Of a stretch of DNA of 64,000 nt, positions 38,261-51,939 are shown in pieces. Below the pieces are notes generated by a model. It saw nothing but the letters and a program-made list of their open reading frames with translations. It made no database searches and was not told the origin of the DNA. Position numbers and translations under genes: made by a program. This DNA is from the human T2T-CHM13v2.0 reference genome, Homo sapiens. The DNA is taken from NCBI RefSeq assembly GCF_009914755.1, contig NC_060934.1; one strand, written 5' to 3'. Position 1 is the stretch's first letter, and the number at the start of each line of letters is the position of its first letter.

Positions 38261-41200
38261 GATGACACCACTCAGCAGCTCTGGCTTCAGAACCTGGAGG
38301 CACCACCAGGCTATAGAGAAATTTCAGCAGTGGTGGAGGGAGGTGGGAAGAGGAAGTTTCAAGGAAAGGTGTGAAAGAGCAACTGGGTTTCCATTGTCCA
38401 GGCCATGCAGTGTGGAGAGTGGGGACGCTGAGGAGCTGGGAGTCTGTCCTTTATTTGATGAGTGGTCTGAGGCCAATGGAGGCACAGGAATGGTGCTGAA
38501 GGGAAGGAATGATGCTGGGCTTGGATCAAGTAGGGACACAGAGGCTGGAATGATGTGTTGCAAGACCTGGGATGAGAAGAATGGTGAGAAAAATGCAAGG
38601 TTTATTAGGATTTTTATAGATATTGTGGTTGTGTTCACGTTTACATGATTTGCACTGTTTTTGTGCAGTTAAGGCTGGAATGAAATGGGAATGCTTGGAA
38701 GGTCCTGAGTCCAGGTCCAGACAGGCCCTCTTCACTCCGGCCTGTTATCCGAATGATCTTAGCCACCAGAGGGAGAGGGCTGGGAGGGCAGACATTGGCA
38801 GGATTCTCTCAGGAATGACTTTCCTGTGATTTGTCCAGCAATTCCTCCCTGCAGCCAAACCAGAAATACCACTGAACCTGAGGTATTTGGCATGGGTGAT
38901 GCATTCTGAATCCTTGAAGGGCAAATAGCTGTAAAATAAAAATGGTTCCCTTAAAAGTTCACTGACTTAGTCCTTGGAGCATGTGTACAGAGGACGGGTC
39001 CAATAAGGCTCTCACTTTTTCCAAAGGAGCGTCCCCAAGCTAATTAAGAGCAAGTGCAAACAGATGGGAAAGGCATATTTCCTAATAGAAATAGGCTCTT
39101 CACCACAAACCACCATCGAATTAATAATAAAAAAAAATCCCCATCTCCCCCTTAGTCCTTCTTTTGGAAATTGTCCCTTCAAGTGAGGTGGGCATGCTGG
39201 TTGTTTTACTCCAAGGAATTTAAGAGAATCAACATGTTTTCGTTTCCTGGTTGCATCTGCGGTTGAATTGCTTAAAATATTTCACTTCTTAAGGTAACCT
39301 CGGTTTGTTATGGTAGATTTTTTTGTTTTTTGTTTTTTGGGTTTTTTCCTTGGAACTTTAAAAAAAAAAAAAGACAGAGAAGACCAGCTCCAGGAAAAGA
39401 AAAAGAAAAAGAAAAAAAAAACCCAAAAAAATACAACTTCTAGTTGTCAGAATCGGAATGCTTATCAGTTATGCTGGGAGACAATGAAAACATCAAAAAG
39501 CACATACAAGCCATAAAAAATTCAGGTCCTCTGAAGCAATGTGGGACACGCTTGGTTGTGCTCCTCATTTGCATGCCAGTACCCACAGTGCTTTGCAAGC
39601 TCCTAGATCTTTCGGAGCAGCCCCAGTGTCTGAGCTCTAGGGAACAAAGTGAAAGGTTGGAGCGTGCTTCTGGGGAGAGAGGGACGTTTGTGTCTGCACA
39701 GAAAAGCAAGGCGGGTGTGGGTGAGAGAACTTCTCCCCCCGTGGTGATTAGCAGCCAGCCTTTGAGGGCTTAATCACAGGCTTGAGAGCTGTACCTGGCC
39801 TTTTGTCTTATCGTTCTGTTGCTTTTTTGCCTTCCTCTTCTTCCCTTTCCCCAGAATGCTGCAACGGTGAAGGTAGACTGTGCAGGGAAGAGGAGAAGGA
39901 TGCCAATCTTTAGAAGTCCTGGTTGTGCTGCTATATCCCTTGCCTGGAATTGGAGATTTGTGTGCAGTGTGTATCTTCTGGTGCTGGTCCTCACCTCAAA
40001 GCACCTTGGCCTTTACATCTGTTCCCATGGACAGTCCATGTTTGGTCAATGTGAAGAACTTAGAGGTGCCATCGTGCCTTCGGCTGGGGGCAGGGGTTCC
40101 CCTTAACCTTGCCAGTGGGGCAGCCTCTGACCTCACTCTTCCCACCCACACACATTGCCTTTCCCTCCAAACCTTGCTCTTCAAAGAGTCCAGCCGAGCC
40201 ATTGTCTGGATGGTCCAAATTCTCGAGGTGGCTTGGGGATACAGGACTCAAACTAAGAGCTGGGGGAGGAGAGAAGTAAATTTGGCTCCTGACCGGGCCC
40301 CCTCAGCCTTCTGGGTGTATCACATACCACCCTCATTTCTCCTGCCCTTTCCAAGCCTGTCCTGTGGGGTCAGGAGATACAGAAGGGTTGGTGACTATTA
40401 TACAACTTGATTTTAACAAGACCAACTGTTCTGGGGCATTACAAAATACATAAAAAATAAAAGTAAAGCTCAGTCTTTGAGGTTGCTACCTGGAAAGTTT
40501 TTCTCTGGGTTTGTACTTTGATTTTTGAGCTGTGCTTTTCTCAATGCTGCAAAGGAGTTCTTAGGCTAGATTAATTTAGCAGTAGGAAGATCTGGGCAGA
40601 AGAGTTAATGTGTATACGTGTCAGCTCTCAACCTACCCCCTGAAACTCCCAGCTTCAGAGGTAAGATAAAAGTCTGCCCCTACCCACAATTTAGAAGCAG
40701 GCTGCCCTGCAAGCCGGATCCAGTCAACAGATTTGTTTGCTTCAGCCTGTACACACTGTTGTACAGTGTGTTGAATCAGTTTCCAACATTTTTTGAATCA
40801 GGGGCTTTATAGCATTTCTTAAGACATCTGAAGATCTGGCCACACAGGCCGACATTTCTCATAGGAACCACCAGCCTGGGTTGCATAGATAGAGCCCCCT
40901 AAGTGGTAGGGGGTTGGGGGAGGTTGAATCTTCTCCTGCTGGGCCTGCAGTCTCTGGTCCACCACAGTCCCAAAGGCCTTTGGTCTTAGACTGCCCACTC
41001 CACTTCCAGATGTTCCTATCCCGCTCTTGCAGGTCTCTGCACGCTCAGCCTTGGCTGGGCTCATAGACAATCCCTGAGTTTTTCCACTTTGTTATCCATA
41101 GCATTGGTATAAGGGTGTCCAAACCCTCAGCTGTGACAACTTTTCATAGTGGGGATAGAGAGGAGGCAAGACTGAGGGCCCTGACTCACAAGCCCTCCCA

Positions 41201-41959
41201 GCTTTTCTGTCCCAAATAAAGCAAATGCATTTTTTCACCTGCTAGAGCCCGAGGGGTTCTCTCTGCCCCCACCCACCTCCTCCTGGAATACATATTTCCT
41301 TTCCTCTGATACCTAAAGTATTCTGGGGTGAGGAGTAGTTTGCAAGATTTGGATTTTTAAAAATTCTTTCCCAGATTTGTTGTGTCTAATTTGGGCTGCA
41401 AGCGGTTTTTGGTGTCAATGACTAACCACTGTTTGGTCTGCACAGCCATTTCTGTTGAACTTGGATAGCGCTGAAAGCCCAGTTTCCCCCAAATAAAGTC
41501 TAAATACATTTACACATTTATTCCCACATGCATCTTTGTGTTTCTGCCTGTCTCCTCACACCTCACACATGTGTGTGGATGGGAACGTCCTGGAGAGAAA
41601 AGGGGCAGGTAACTTAAGCTTCTACTGTGAACTTCAGAAGAGAAAAAACATCAGCAAGTTGACCCAGTTGGATGGTAAGAGATAAAGATGCTTCCAAGAA
41701 AAGGTGTTAGAATGAGAGTTTGGATTGGAATTTGGTTGTTTCCTTGTGATCTAACAGACAAATAATATCACTAGACAGAAAAATGGGACATAAAATAGAG
41801 AGTTTAGGAAAATATGTGAAAAAGGTCACTATCAAAATTACCCCTCTCCCCAAATCCAGCTGGGATTCTTTATCAAAATCAGAGCTTTCAGTAGGTTTAA
41901 TATTCACCAGTTTCTGAGACAGTTATAACAACAGGTGATGCCGGGCTTTAATAACACGG

Positions 41960-42140
41960 ATGATGACAGTTACCATTTACATATTGACTCCTTTAATCCT
42001 TACAACAACTCCATAAAAGTGATATCTCATATACCCATTTTACAGGCAGGAAAACTGACGCTTAACATGATTAAGTAATTTGACCAAAGCCCGAGAGGTG
42101 GAAAGGGATAGAGCTGGCATTTAAACCCATGCTGCCCTCC
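41960..42140 (-). mobile_element. MIR SINE
   Basis: tttaatccttacaacaac...cccattttacaggcaggaaaactgacg...aagtaatttgaccaaag. Confidence 0.85.
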
Positions 42141-42453
42141 AGCATATCCTGGGCTGGGACAGCAGAATGGGTACCCTCCTTGCCAGCTGGCTGGAGTAAG
42201 AATCTGACAGACAGCCCACCTTGGTCATGACTGGCTTGGGGACTGGCACAGTGGAGAGCCCGAGGGAGACAAATGGCATATTTGGCCCACAATTCCACTG
42301 CTAAAAGTGACCCTCAGGGATGTGCCATGAGAGTCACTGCCATGAGAGGACCAGTGGCTCCTCTCCTCTCTGATGAAAACTTGGACCTTTGGAGATTAGC
42401 CCCACTCTAGGCTATTTGATAGAATGGGCCACAGCCTGGGCAATTCAGGTGAG

Positions 42454-42758
42454 TTTTGTTGTTGTTGTTGTTTAATAAGACACGGTCTCACTCTGTCACC
42501 CAGGCTGGAGTGTAATGGCACGATCTCAGCTCACTGCAGCCTCAACCTCCCAGGCTCAAACAATCCCCCCACCTCAGCCTCCTGAGTAGCTGGGACTGCA
42601 GGTGCCTGCTACTAAGCCTGGCTAATTTTTGCGTTTTTTGTAAAGACAGAGTTTCACCATGTTGCCCAGGCTGGTCTCAAACTCCTGGGCTGAAGCAATC
42701 TGCCCTCCTCAGCCTCCCAAAGTGCTGGGATTATAGACATGAGCCACTGAGCCTGGCC
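42454..42758 (-). mobile_element. Alu (AluJ) with (TTG)n tail
   Basis: cactgcagcctcaacctccc; degenerate TSD tcag(g)gtga. Confidence 0.93.
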
Positions 42759-43454
42759 TCAGGGTGATTTTTTCAGCCTAAATACCTGTGGCCAAGCCAT
42801 GGGACACTGAAAGTGCTCACTGCCTGAGGGTGCTGGGGTCTGACTAAGCTGATGCAGCCATGCCTGAAGCAAGGCCCAGATGGACAGAAGGTCAGAACGG
42901 AGAGAAGCCACGTCTTCCTCTGTGTCTTATCTGGAGACGGTTGGGAGGGTGGAACGGGGAGGCTGAACTCTGAAGCATATGACTGGGGACCATCAGTGAC
43001 TACGAAGTTGGGGCTAGGTGACTATGTAGTGACTGTCAGATGTTGGCAGCTGCTTAAACAAGCTGAGCTGGGCTGAAGGCTCAGCTTTTATATACCCCTT
43101 CCCATAGACATTGAGCACCTAAGAGGGGAGGCATTGTACCGGGGACCGTGGGAGAGACCAAGATGGACAGGCGGGTTCTCTCTCTAGCCACTTACACAAT
43201 TCCTCTTTGGGGAGCCAGCTCTAGAAGAAACTCAAACTTCAGTGAGTGACAGCAAGTCATTCTAATTGGGAAATGTGCACCCAGGGTCAGGGATCATGTG
43301 TATTCATCTTTCCCATGCCCCATGTGAATCACAGAGCTGGGCCTTTAGTGGGAGTTAAGTAAATGTTTGTGGATCAATGACTGCTTCAGTCAATAATTGA
43401 ATTTTTAGGGGCTTTTGGAAGGACTTGTGGGAGAGGAGGAAATTGAGTGTATGT

Positions 43455-43925
43455 TGTATCTGTTAAAATTAAACTTGGTGCTAGTAACAGACATCTGAAT
43501 TAACAGTTGCAATAAATAATTAGAGGTTTATTTTTCTACCATATAACAGTGTCTGGAGGTTAAGAATCTATGGCAGTATGGCATCTTCACGTCCATCAGG
43601 GACCCAGCCTTCTTTTATCTTTCTGCTCTTTGGTCTTAAACTCATGAATTCCAACCCCAAGATTGCCTGACGGTAACAAGATAACTACTGGAACTCCATT
43701 GATTACATCCATGTTTTAGGTAGGAAGAAGGAGAATGGGGAGAAAGACAGCCTTTCTAGAAGGCTCCATTGACCTCCACCAACATTTCATTGGCCACTTC
43801 TAATTTCGAGGGATATTAGGAAATATATTCTCTTGTCTGGGCACATTCTCAATCTGAGTAAAATCTTGCTTCTGTTAGGAAGAAGGGAAGAATAAATCGT
43901 GGGTAAAAAACTGCAGGCTCTGCTT
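43455..43925 (-). mobile_element. MLT1 (K/L-like) MaLR LTR
   Basis: gctagtaacagacatc...catcagggacccagccttctttt...catttcattggccac...ttctgttaggaagaaggg. Confidence 0.7.
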
Positions 43926-45262
43926 TGCAAGATTGGGTCTTCTTTATGGAGAAGGAGAAGGAAAGGTATTCAGCAACACAACACTTGTTTCACTCCTGTC
44001 CTCTGAGATGCACAGGTTTGGGACATTCTTTATTGTGACCTGATAATGTGGCAAATATAAGGCATCGGAGCCTGGGGCACTTAATTAGTTCCTTGACTAT
44101 TCAAATCCTCCTGCCAAGGGCTTGGTTAATTGCATGGACTTCTCCTTCATTATTTTCAGCTGTTTAAAGTGCCTCTAAGAACACTCATCCTCTATTTTGT
44201 GTAATGAAGCCTCTGGTGAAAAATGGAGTCTGACAGGTATGTGGACAGAAATGCCCTGCAGGGGCGGGCAGAACTGGCTGTGTTAGCCGGCAGGTAGATG
44301 GACAAATAGATGGATAAAGTCTTTGGTAAACATGGAGCATTACTCAACAGCAAATTTACCACCTCTTGCTGACTCAAACCAGCTCTTGCAGAATACTTAA
44401 TGACTTCTGCTAAACAAAACACTAGAGTTTCTCACTTTTTAAAAAGTCTACAAAAATGAAAGCTACTGTGTAAAATGAGTGCCAAATTTCCACTCATATG
44501 TTTGTTCAGCTTTCTTTGCTTTTCTCCCAAACCATAACGAAATAGACGCTATCAATTTTCCCAAGATGGCAACCTAACAGCTAGCCAGGTGTTCTCAGAT
44601 AAGAAGGGCTCCCTTGACACAAAGAGTTTAACGGGGTTGGGATATTTTCCAGTTTTCTTTTCCGAGGGCTAGGGAAGCTGGATTGAGGTTTCTGAAGAGG
44701 AGAGGCAGGATGGTGAAATGGGAGCCCGTGGGCTGCTTCTGCCTGTTGTTCCTCTTGACAAACTTGCTGAAGGGGTGGATCCCCCCCTGCTGAAACCACC
44801 AGCTTCTACTGGGTGTGCTGGAAATTATCAATCCTTGAAGGAGGTGAAATTATCCTAAACCCCAAACCTCACCAATATTCCACTCCCTGGAGAAAGGCCT
44901 ACTGAAAGGAGAATGAATTATTTATGTCATCCATACTAGTAAGTTTTACAAACATCTTCCTTTCCAGTTTCACTATAAACTCCATACCAATAGGAAAATG
45001 TCATTATTACTCCCTGTTCTAGCCCTTTGCCCAGAACATAAGCAGTGCTCAGTTTGCTTCTTGGTTATGTAGGTAATAGCATTTAGTTTCTTTCTGGAAC
45101 AGCGTCCAACTTGGCTTCTCCCTTACCTTTTGTTGTACTTTGACATATTTTCTCCTAGACATTTTCTTTGTGTTGTTTTTTTTTTTCAGTGACTGATGCT
45201 CTACTGGATATGAAATCGTGTATGCTTTGTCAAGTAGCATTTTAGGATAGTATGTTCCCATT

Positions 45263-45670
45263 TGTGTTAGTATAGGCTAAGCTGCTGTAACAAAGAGGCC
45301 ACAAAACACAGAGGTTTAAATAAAATAGAATGTATTTCTCTCCATACGACAATCTTAGGATAGTCCAGGGCAGGTAGGCAATTCCGTTCCACAAGGTCAT
45401 AAGGAGAACAGGCTAGAGGAGCAGCCCTCTCTTCCTTAACATGTAATTTCTGAATTTTGGTCCCAGTGAGTCCTGTACTTTTCATCATTTCCGAGCCAGA
45501 GAGAAGAGGGAAAAAGAATAGAAGACAGGCAAATTTCTCATAAAAATAAAATCCAGAAGGCACACATTTCACTTCTGCTAACATCTCATTGGCCAAAACT
45601 TAGAACCTGGCTATAGTTACCTGCAAAGGAGGCTGGAAATGCAGTCTCTAGCTAAGCAATCATATGTCAG
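45263..45670 (-). mobile_element. MLT1J-like MaLR LTR
   Basis: tgtgttagtataggctaagctgctgtaacaaag...catctcattggccaaaacttag...aaaggaggctggaaatgcagtc. Confidence 0.8.
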
Positions 45671-45774
45671 AAATTGGCATTTCCAAATACCCAGTGGATA
45701 TTCATCAGGATATACAAATGAGAAGTTGGAATTCCTGGGAATTCTTAGAAATTTCTGAAATAATAAGTTATCCT

Positions 45775-45842
45775 TTTAAAAAAAAAACTTTTATTTTAGG
45801 TTCAGGGATACATGTATAGGTTTGTTATAAAGATAAACTCGT
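45775..45842 (-). mobile_element. ~70-bp L1PA 3' stub with TSD
   Basis: acttttattttaggttcagggatacatgtataggtttgtta; flanks gttatcct 45767-45774 / gttattct 45843-45850. Confidence 0.75.
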
Positions 45843-45863
45843 GTTATTCTGAAAAGACTTCCA

Positions 45864-46598
<735 letters not shown>

Positions 46599-47365
46599 AA
46601 AAGACTTCCAGCAATTTTTATACTCTTTAGTCATTACTGTGGATATCTAAAAGAAATTGGTTTAATAAATAAGAAATATTACATTTAGCAAATTTATAAA
46701 CAACTATAGCCTGAGATAAAAAAAAAATCAAACATTAGAAAATACCAGTGAACATTTTTGGGTAATATTCAAAGAATGTGACATTCAGATCTCCTAGCAA
46801 GGTTAAAGCACTACACAGAATCACACATTGAAATTGCCAATTAAGGGCGTATTTTGCTTCCCAAATTTGTTATTTCCTAGAACATCACTAGCAGGATTTG
46901 AATAAAGTATACATACATATAAACCTAATACTGTTTATTTTATTTCCAAGAATGACTTGCCATTAGCATCAGTCAGGGCCAAGAACACACACTTAGAACA
47001 GGACAATGGCTACAAGCAAGATTGACTGATCAGCTCTTGACCTATGTGCTCTCCTATGTGCTATATGCTCTTCCACCTGCCAGCCTTTCCTGCTCTTGCT
47101 TTTCATTTGACATTGATGGATTCAAACCAGTGATGTCTTTATGTTGATCATTAAGCCTTGATTCCTGCAGGATAATTACAATACTTTTTCCCAATTTCTT
47201 GACTGATTTTTCTTTCGAGATTTGGAGAAACATAAAAAATTCTCAAGAAATACTGGGAAGGAATTCCAGCGTGGAAACACTAGTCAGGGTGTATGTATGA
47301 AGCAAAGGGAGGAGGTTCTATTACTAAAAGACAGGAGAAAATGGGCACTCAGAGTCATCTCTGCT

Positions 47366-47542
47366 CAGGACTAGCTAACAATTTATAGGCTCAATGTGAA
47401 ATGTAAATGTGGAGGACTCTTGTTATAAAACTATTCAGAATTTCAAGGTGGCAGCCATGGAGCATTAAACCAAGTGTAGGGCCCTTGTAAGTGTGGAGCC
47501 CTGTATGACTGTGTAGGACCCACACCCATGAACCTGGCCCTG
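47366..47542 (-). mobile_element. MER45A-like hAT-Tip100 element
   Basis: caggactagct...agcattaaaccaagtgtagggccc...cccatgaacctggccctg; perfect 8-bp TSD TCTCTGCT. Confidence 0.9.
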
Positions 47543-48460
47543 TCTCTGCTACATTGTGTCATTTAGAAATCTGAATTGATGTCGGTTTTAGTGGCTGCAT
47601 AATATTTCATTGTGCAGATTTACCATAATTTCTATAACAATTGCTGTATTCTTGGATATTTTTATGGCATTGAATGAAGCAATCTTTTCAACAGCCCTCA
47701 GGAGCTGCAGACCACTGTTGCACGTGGGCTGTTACCCACAGGGTTTGAGTATGAGCTAAGGCAAGAGAAGCAGAAACCAGGACCAGATGGGAACTCCCAG
47801 GAAGAAGGCAGCATGGTCATGAGCAACATCAAAGACATCAAAGATAAATCAAGCCAAGACAGGGTCAGAATACATCAGTAAGGGAAGAATGGCAGACAAG
47901 GCAAATGTGGGCCTGTCCTTAGAGGTGGGGCCTCCAATAAGCTTCCCAAGGAATCTTGCTCAACCAAGGGCAGTTGTTGCCTTTTGCTTGGGGCAACCTG
48001 GTTCTTCCCAGTGTATCTTTGAGCTGATCTCTCCGAATTTCAAAGAGCCCATGCCTGCTCAGGCCATCTCTATTCATGTTGGATGACTGTCTCTCTTATA
48101 AACTCTGGGCAGACTACGAATCAGTCCTTAGGGGCTAGGAGAGGAGAGGAGAGGATATGCTGGATGATCACTTTCTGCAAGTCTCCAGAACCTCCTGTTG
48201 ACTTCTGTGTGATGGTCAACCTGAGACGTCTTGTTCAGTGCAAATGAATGTGTTCTTTTTGGCTGACACATTTAGTAGGAACAAATGAATGTGAAAGAGT
48301 AGGAGATGCTATAAGGTAGGGAGGAGAAAAGCATAGGGAACAGTTGTCTCTGGGTCCGAGACATCTCTGACACTATAATTTATAACCCAAATGATCTCAG
48401 TCAATGCGCTTAGCTTTTCTGTGCCTCATATGTAAAGTGGGAGCAATGTCCCATTTATCT

Positions 48461-48672
48461 GAGGGGTCAACACACCTTTGCTGTAAAGGGCCACATAGTA
48501 AAATAAATATTTTGCACTTTTCAGGGCCTAGAGCTTTTGTCACAACTACTCAACTCTGCCATTGTAGAGTAAAAGCAGCTATAGACAATATGTAAATAAA
48601 TTGTGGTGGTTATGTTCCAATAAAACTATATTTACAAAAACAGGTAGCTGACAATGGTTTGCCAAATCCTAG
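48461..48672. mobile_element. MER58A hAT-Charlie element inserted in a MIR (48360-48730)
   Basis: ctgtaaagggccacatagtaaa...caactactcaactctgccattgtag...gttccaataaaactatatttacaaaaacagg. Confidence 0.9.
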
Positions 48673-49101
48673 CCTGTTTCATAGAACTCTTGTGAGAATT
48701 AAATGAGGTACGTGTGTCAAACGCTACTGCAGGCCCTCCAGGATAAGAGTCATTGTCATGAGGAGTAGGACAGACAGAGAAGAGCAGGTGGGAGAGTTGC
48801 TCACAGCCTCGCAGGCTTTCAGGACTGGCCCCCCGTCATTTGCTAACAATGTCTCTTTTGACGATGTCCAAAGGGTCTTCCTCATCCACTTTTTCTTCCT
48901 AGGAGCCAAAGTACCAAAAGGAGGAATTTTGAGGCTCTATTAAACAGTTATAATGAAACATTTATCTTCTATATTAGTCATTCTGTGTAATTATTTCTGA
49001 GGATGAATTCTTTCCAAGATATATTTACAGACACATGGCTGCAACCATGAGACACACCACTGAGAATTTTCCAGCTCTTCTTTTCCATGCTCTATGTTCT
49101 T

Positions 49102-49367
49102 TTTTATTCTTCCATTCATTTTTAAAACATTTTATTGTGGTAAGAACGCTTTACATGAGATCTACATTCTTAACAGATATTTAAGTGTACAATATAGTAT
49201 TGTTATCTCTAGGCACAGTGTTGTAGAGCATATCTTTAGAACTTATTCATCTTGCATAACTGAAATTTTATTCTTGTTAAATACCAACTCTTTTCCTCTC
49301 TCCCCCTAGTGCCTGGCAACCACAATTCTATTCTTTGCTTCCATGAGTTCAACTATTTTAGACACCT
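49102..49367 (-). mobile_element. 5'-truncated L1MA9/10-like element
   Basis: ttttattgtggtaagaac...agaacttattcatcttgcataactgaaa; TSD ctctatgttctt/ctgtatgttctt. Confidence 0.85.
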
Positions 49368-49633
49368 CTGTATGTTCTTAAAAAAAAATCTCTCCTTTTC
49401 AATATTGTCAGCTAAGTCCTCCCAGGGGAACACTTGGGGAGAAGTTATCTCCAACCTGAGACCCCCTTGGTAAGCTGCAAAAAGTTGGAGGTCACTCAGA
49501 GTAATGGTGTCTAAGCAGAACTTGATTTCTGCATTTTTTTTTTCATCATAGAATCTCCTAAAGAGCATTTTAAGATGGAGAATCTGGTCTTGGGTAGGAC
49601 CTAGGAAACTGTCATTATTTAAAATGCCCCAGG

Positions 49634-49775
49634 ACTGTATAGTCCTAGCTACTTGGGAAGCTGAAGTGGGAGGATCATTTGAACCCAGGAGTTACAGGCT
49701 GCAGTGAGCTATGGTCGTATCACTACGCTCTAGCCTGGGCGACACAGCGAAACCCTATCTCACAAATAAATAAAT
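49634..49775 (+). mobile_element. Alu monomer / truncated AluJ right arm inside a MER5-like element (49575-49812)
   Basis: tagtcctagctacttgggaagctgaagtgggaggatcatttgaacccaggag...(AAAT)n; flanks end in ccccagg. Confidence 0.8.
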
Positions 49776-50724
49776 TAATAGTCCCCAGGTGATTCCGTGG
49801 CCCAGCCAAGTATCTTCTTAGTTCTAGGCCAGCCTCCTCCACTTAACCTCTCTGTAATAGTTCCCAAACTCCACTCTTCAAAACTCCTAGCCCCACAGTT
49901 GCCTGCGTTGCCTCCTCTTTTCTTTGTCTGCTTGCTTTGTTAGCCAGAAGGCAGAGAGCACGAAGGCATGTTAGTACCTGCAGTGATGGCTCTGCACTCC
50001 AAGAAGGAAATGAGTTCTCATCGGCTTGGCCAGCTGGGAATGCTGGAACTGGTATTCTCAGCCTGTGGACTCAAGAGAGCACTGGGCCAGGAGGGTTTCA
50101 GTGTTTCCAAGTCAATGCCGAAGGCACGTACACCGGTGGATGGGAAAGACATTGATTTTTCTTGAGATAATACCTCAAGTGTATTTGTTCAGTGTCTTTC
50201 AGAAACAAAGCCTTGTCTGATTTATTTTTATTGTTTTTTTGTTTGTTCCGAGAAGACAAAGCTTGTCTGACTAAAGCAAACCTCAGTGTTTTACTGTTCA
50301 GTAGCTCCTGGGAGTCAGGTTGTTCACATCCCTCTGTTAAGTGCATTGATGCTTCAACAGATACTTAGTGAGCACCTACTGTGTGTCATTGTGGGCTATA
50401 GATAGCTTTGGGAGAGTCAAAAGACCCGGTGGTTTCTGAGATGGCAGCCTGGCTCCTGGAGCCTGCAGTTCCCCATGGAGGGGCCTCTTAGTTCTAATCC
50501 CAGTCCTGCACAAAGAAACCAATCCCAGACAAAAGTATTTTAAGAGCACTTGGACAAAATGCTCAGCAAAACAGGTTTGTTGTCTGGCCTTGATGTCTCA
50601 CTTCCTGTACCTAATTCTTGCCTTAGTTCCAGCAAGCATTTATTAAGTGCCTGCCACATAACACTGTGCTAAGTGCTTCCCACCTGCTGGCTGATTTGAT
50701 TGATCCTCCCACAATCATAGCGGG

Positions 50725-51106
50725 TGATATGGTTTGGATTTGTGTCCCCACCCAAATCTCATGTTGAATTGTAATCCCTATTGTGAGAGAAGGGGACTAG
50801 TGGGAGGTGATTGGATTATTGGGGCAGATTTCTCCCTTGGGACTGTTCTCATGTTCATGAGTGAGTTCTCAAGAGATCTGGTTGTTTAAAAGTGTGTAGC
50901 ATGTCCTTGTTTGCTCTCTTCCTCCTGCTCCAGCCATATAAGACGTGCCAGCTTCCCCTTTGCCTTCTGCCATGATTGTAAGTTTCCTGAGGCCTCCCCA
51001 GCCTCCTGTACAGCCTGTGGAACCATGAGCCAATTAAACCTCTTTTCTTTATAAATTACCCAGTTTCATGTATTTATTTACAGCAGTGCAAGAATGGACT
51101 AATACA
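50725..51106 (+). mobile_element. MSTA solo LTR inserted in a MIR
   Basis: tgatatggtttggatttgtgtccccacccaaatctc...ggactaataca; TSD GCGGG/GCAGG. Confidence 0.93.
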
Positions 51107-51464
51107 GCAGGTATGATACCCATAAGACAGATGGGGAAATTGAAGCTTGAGAGATGATTTGCCTGACAACAAAGCTAGTCCTCCCAACTCCTGTGCTAAA
51201 CAGACTCCCATAGCTTCTGTAACTACCCAGCTTCTACCATAGCTTCTGTCACTACCCAGTTAATTGTGCTCCCAGGTCAGATCTCGTCTTCTCCTTTAAG
51301 CCCTCAACCCTGGCCTTTAAAAATCAAGTATCCTGTCACCATGATGCTTTGGTGGGGAAATAGTGCATTCATTATTCCAAAAGAACAGGCCTTGTGACTA
51401 GAAAACCACTCCTTTCCCTCCAGGTCATTATTCTTTCTGGGGAATCACTAAATCCTGCTACGCC

Positions 51465-51652
51465 CCTGCTTCTCAAAGTATAGTCTCTGCACTAGCAGCA
51501 GCAGCAGCACCTATGAACTTATTAGAAATAAGTAAATTTTGGGGCCCCACCCTGGACCTACTGAATCAGAATCTCTCAGGATAGGCTCAGGAATTGTGTT
51601 TTAATAAGTTCTCCAGGTGGCACTGATGCATGCTGAAGTTTGAGAACCACTG
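51465..51652. mobile_element. MER5A hAT-Charlie element
   Basis: cttctcaaagt...ccccaccctggacctactgaatcagaatctc...aagtttgagaaccactg. Confidence 0.9.
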
Positions 51653-51939
51653 GCCTAGATGGGATGCCTCAGGTACTTCAATAATAGCACAGTAGTGTGC
51701 ACTTACCACAGACTGCTGGCTCTATAAGATATCCTGACAAGGGACAACAAAGACAGTGAGGGTGGCACTTCTGTGTTCAAAAATGTGTGAACATTGCATA
51801 TTCTGCTTCCCCCTTGGAAATTCTTAAAGATATTGGCATACTTAAGACCAGAAAGAGTCTTGCAATAGGAAGAGCTGCTTAACTTTACTCAATCACTATC
51901 TCCTAAATTGAGTTTTAATTTTAATTATGGAGTTTTTCT

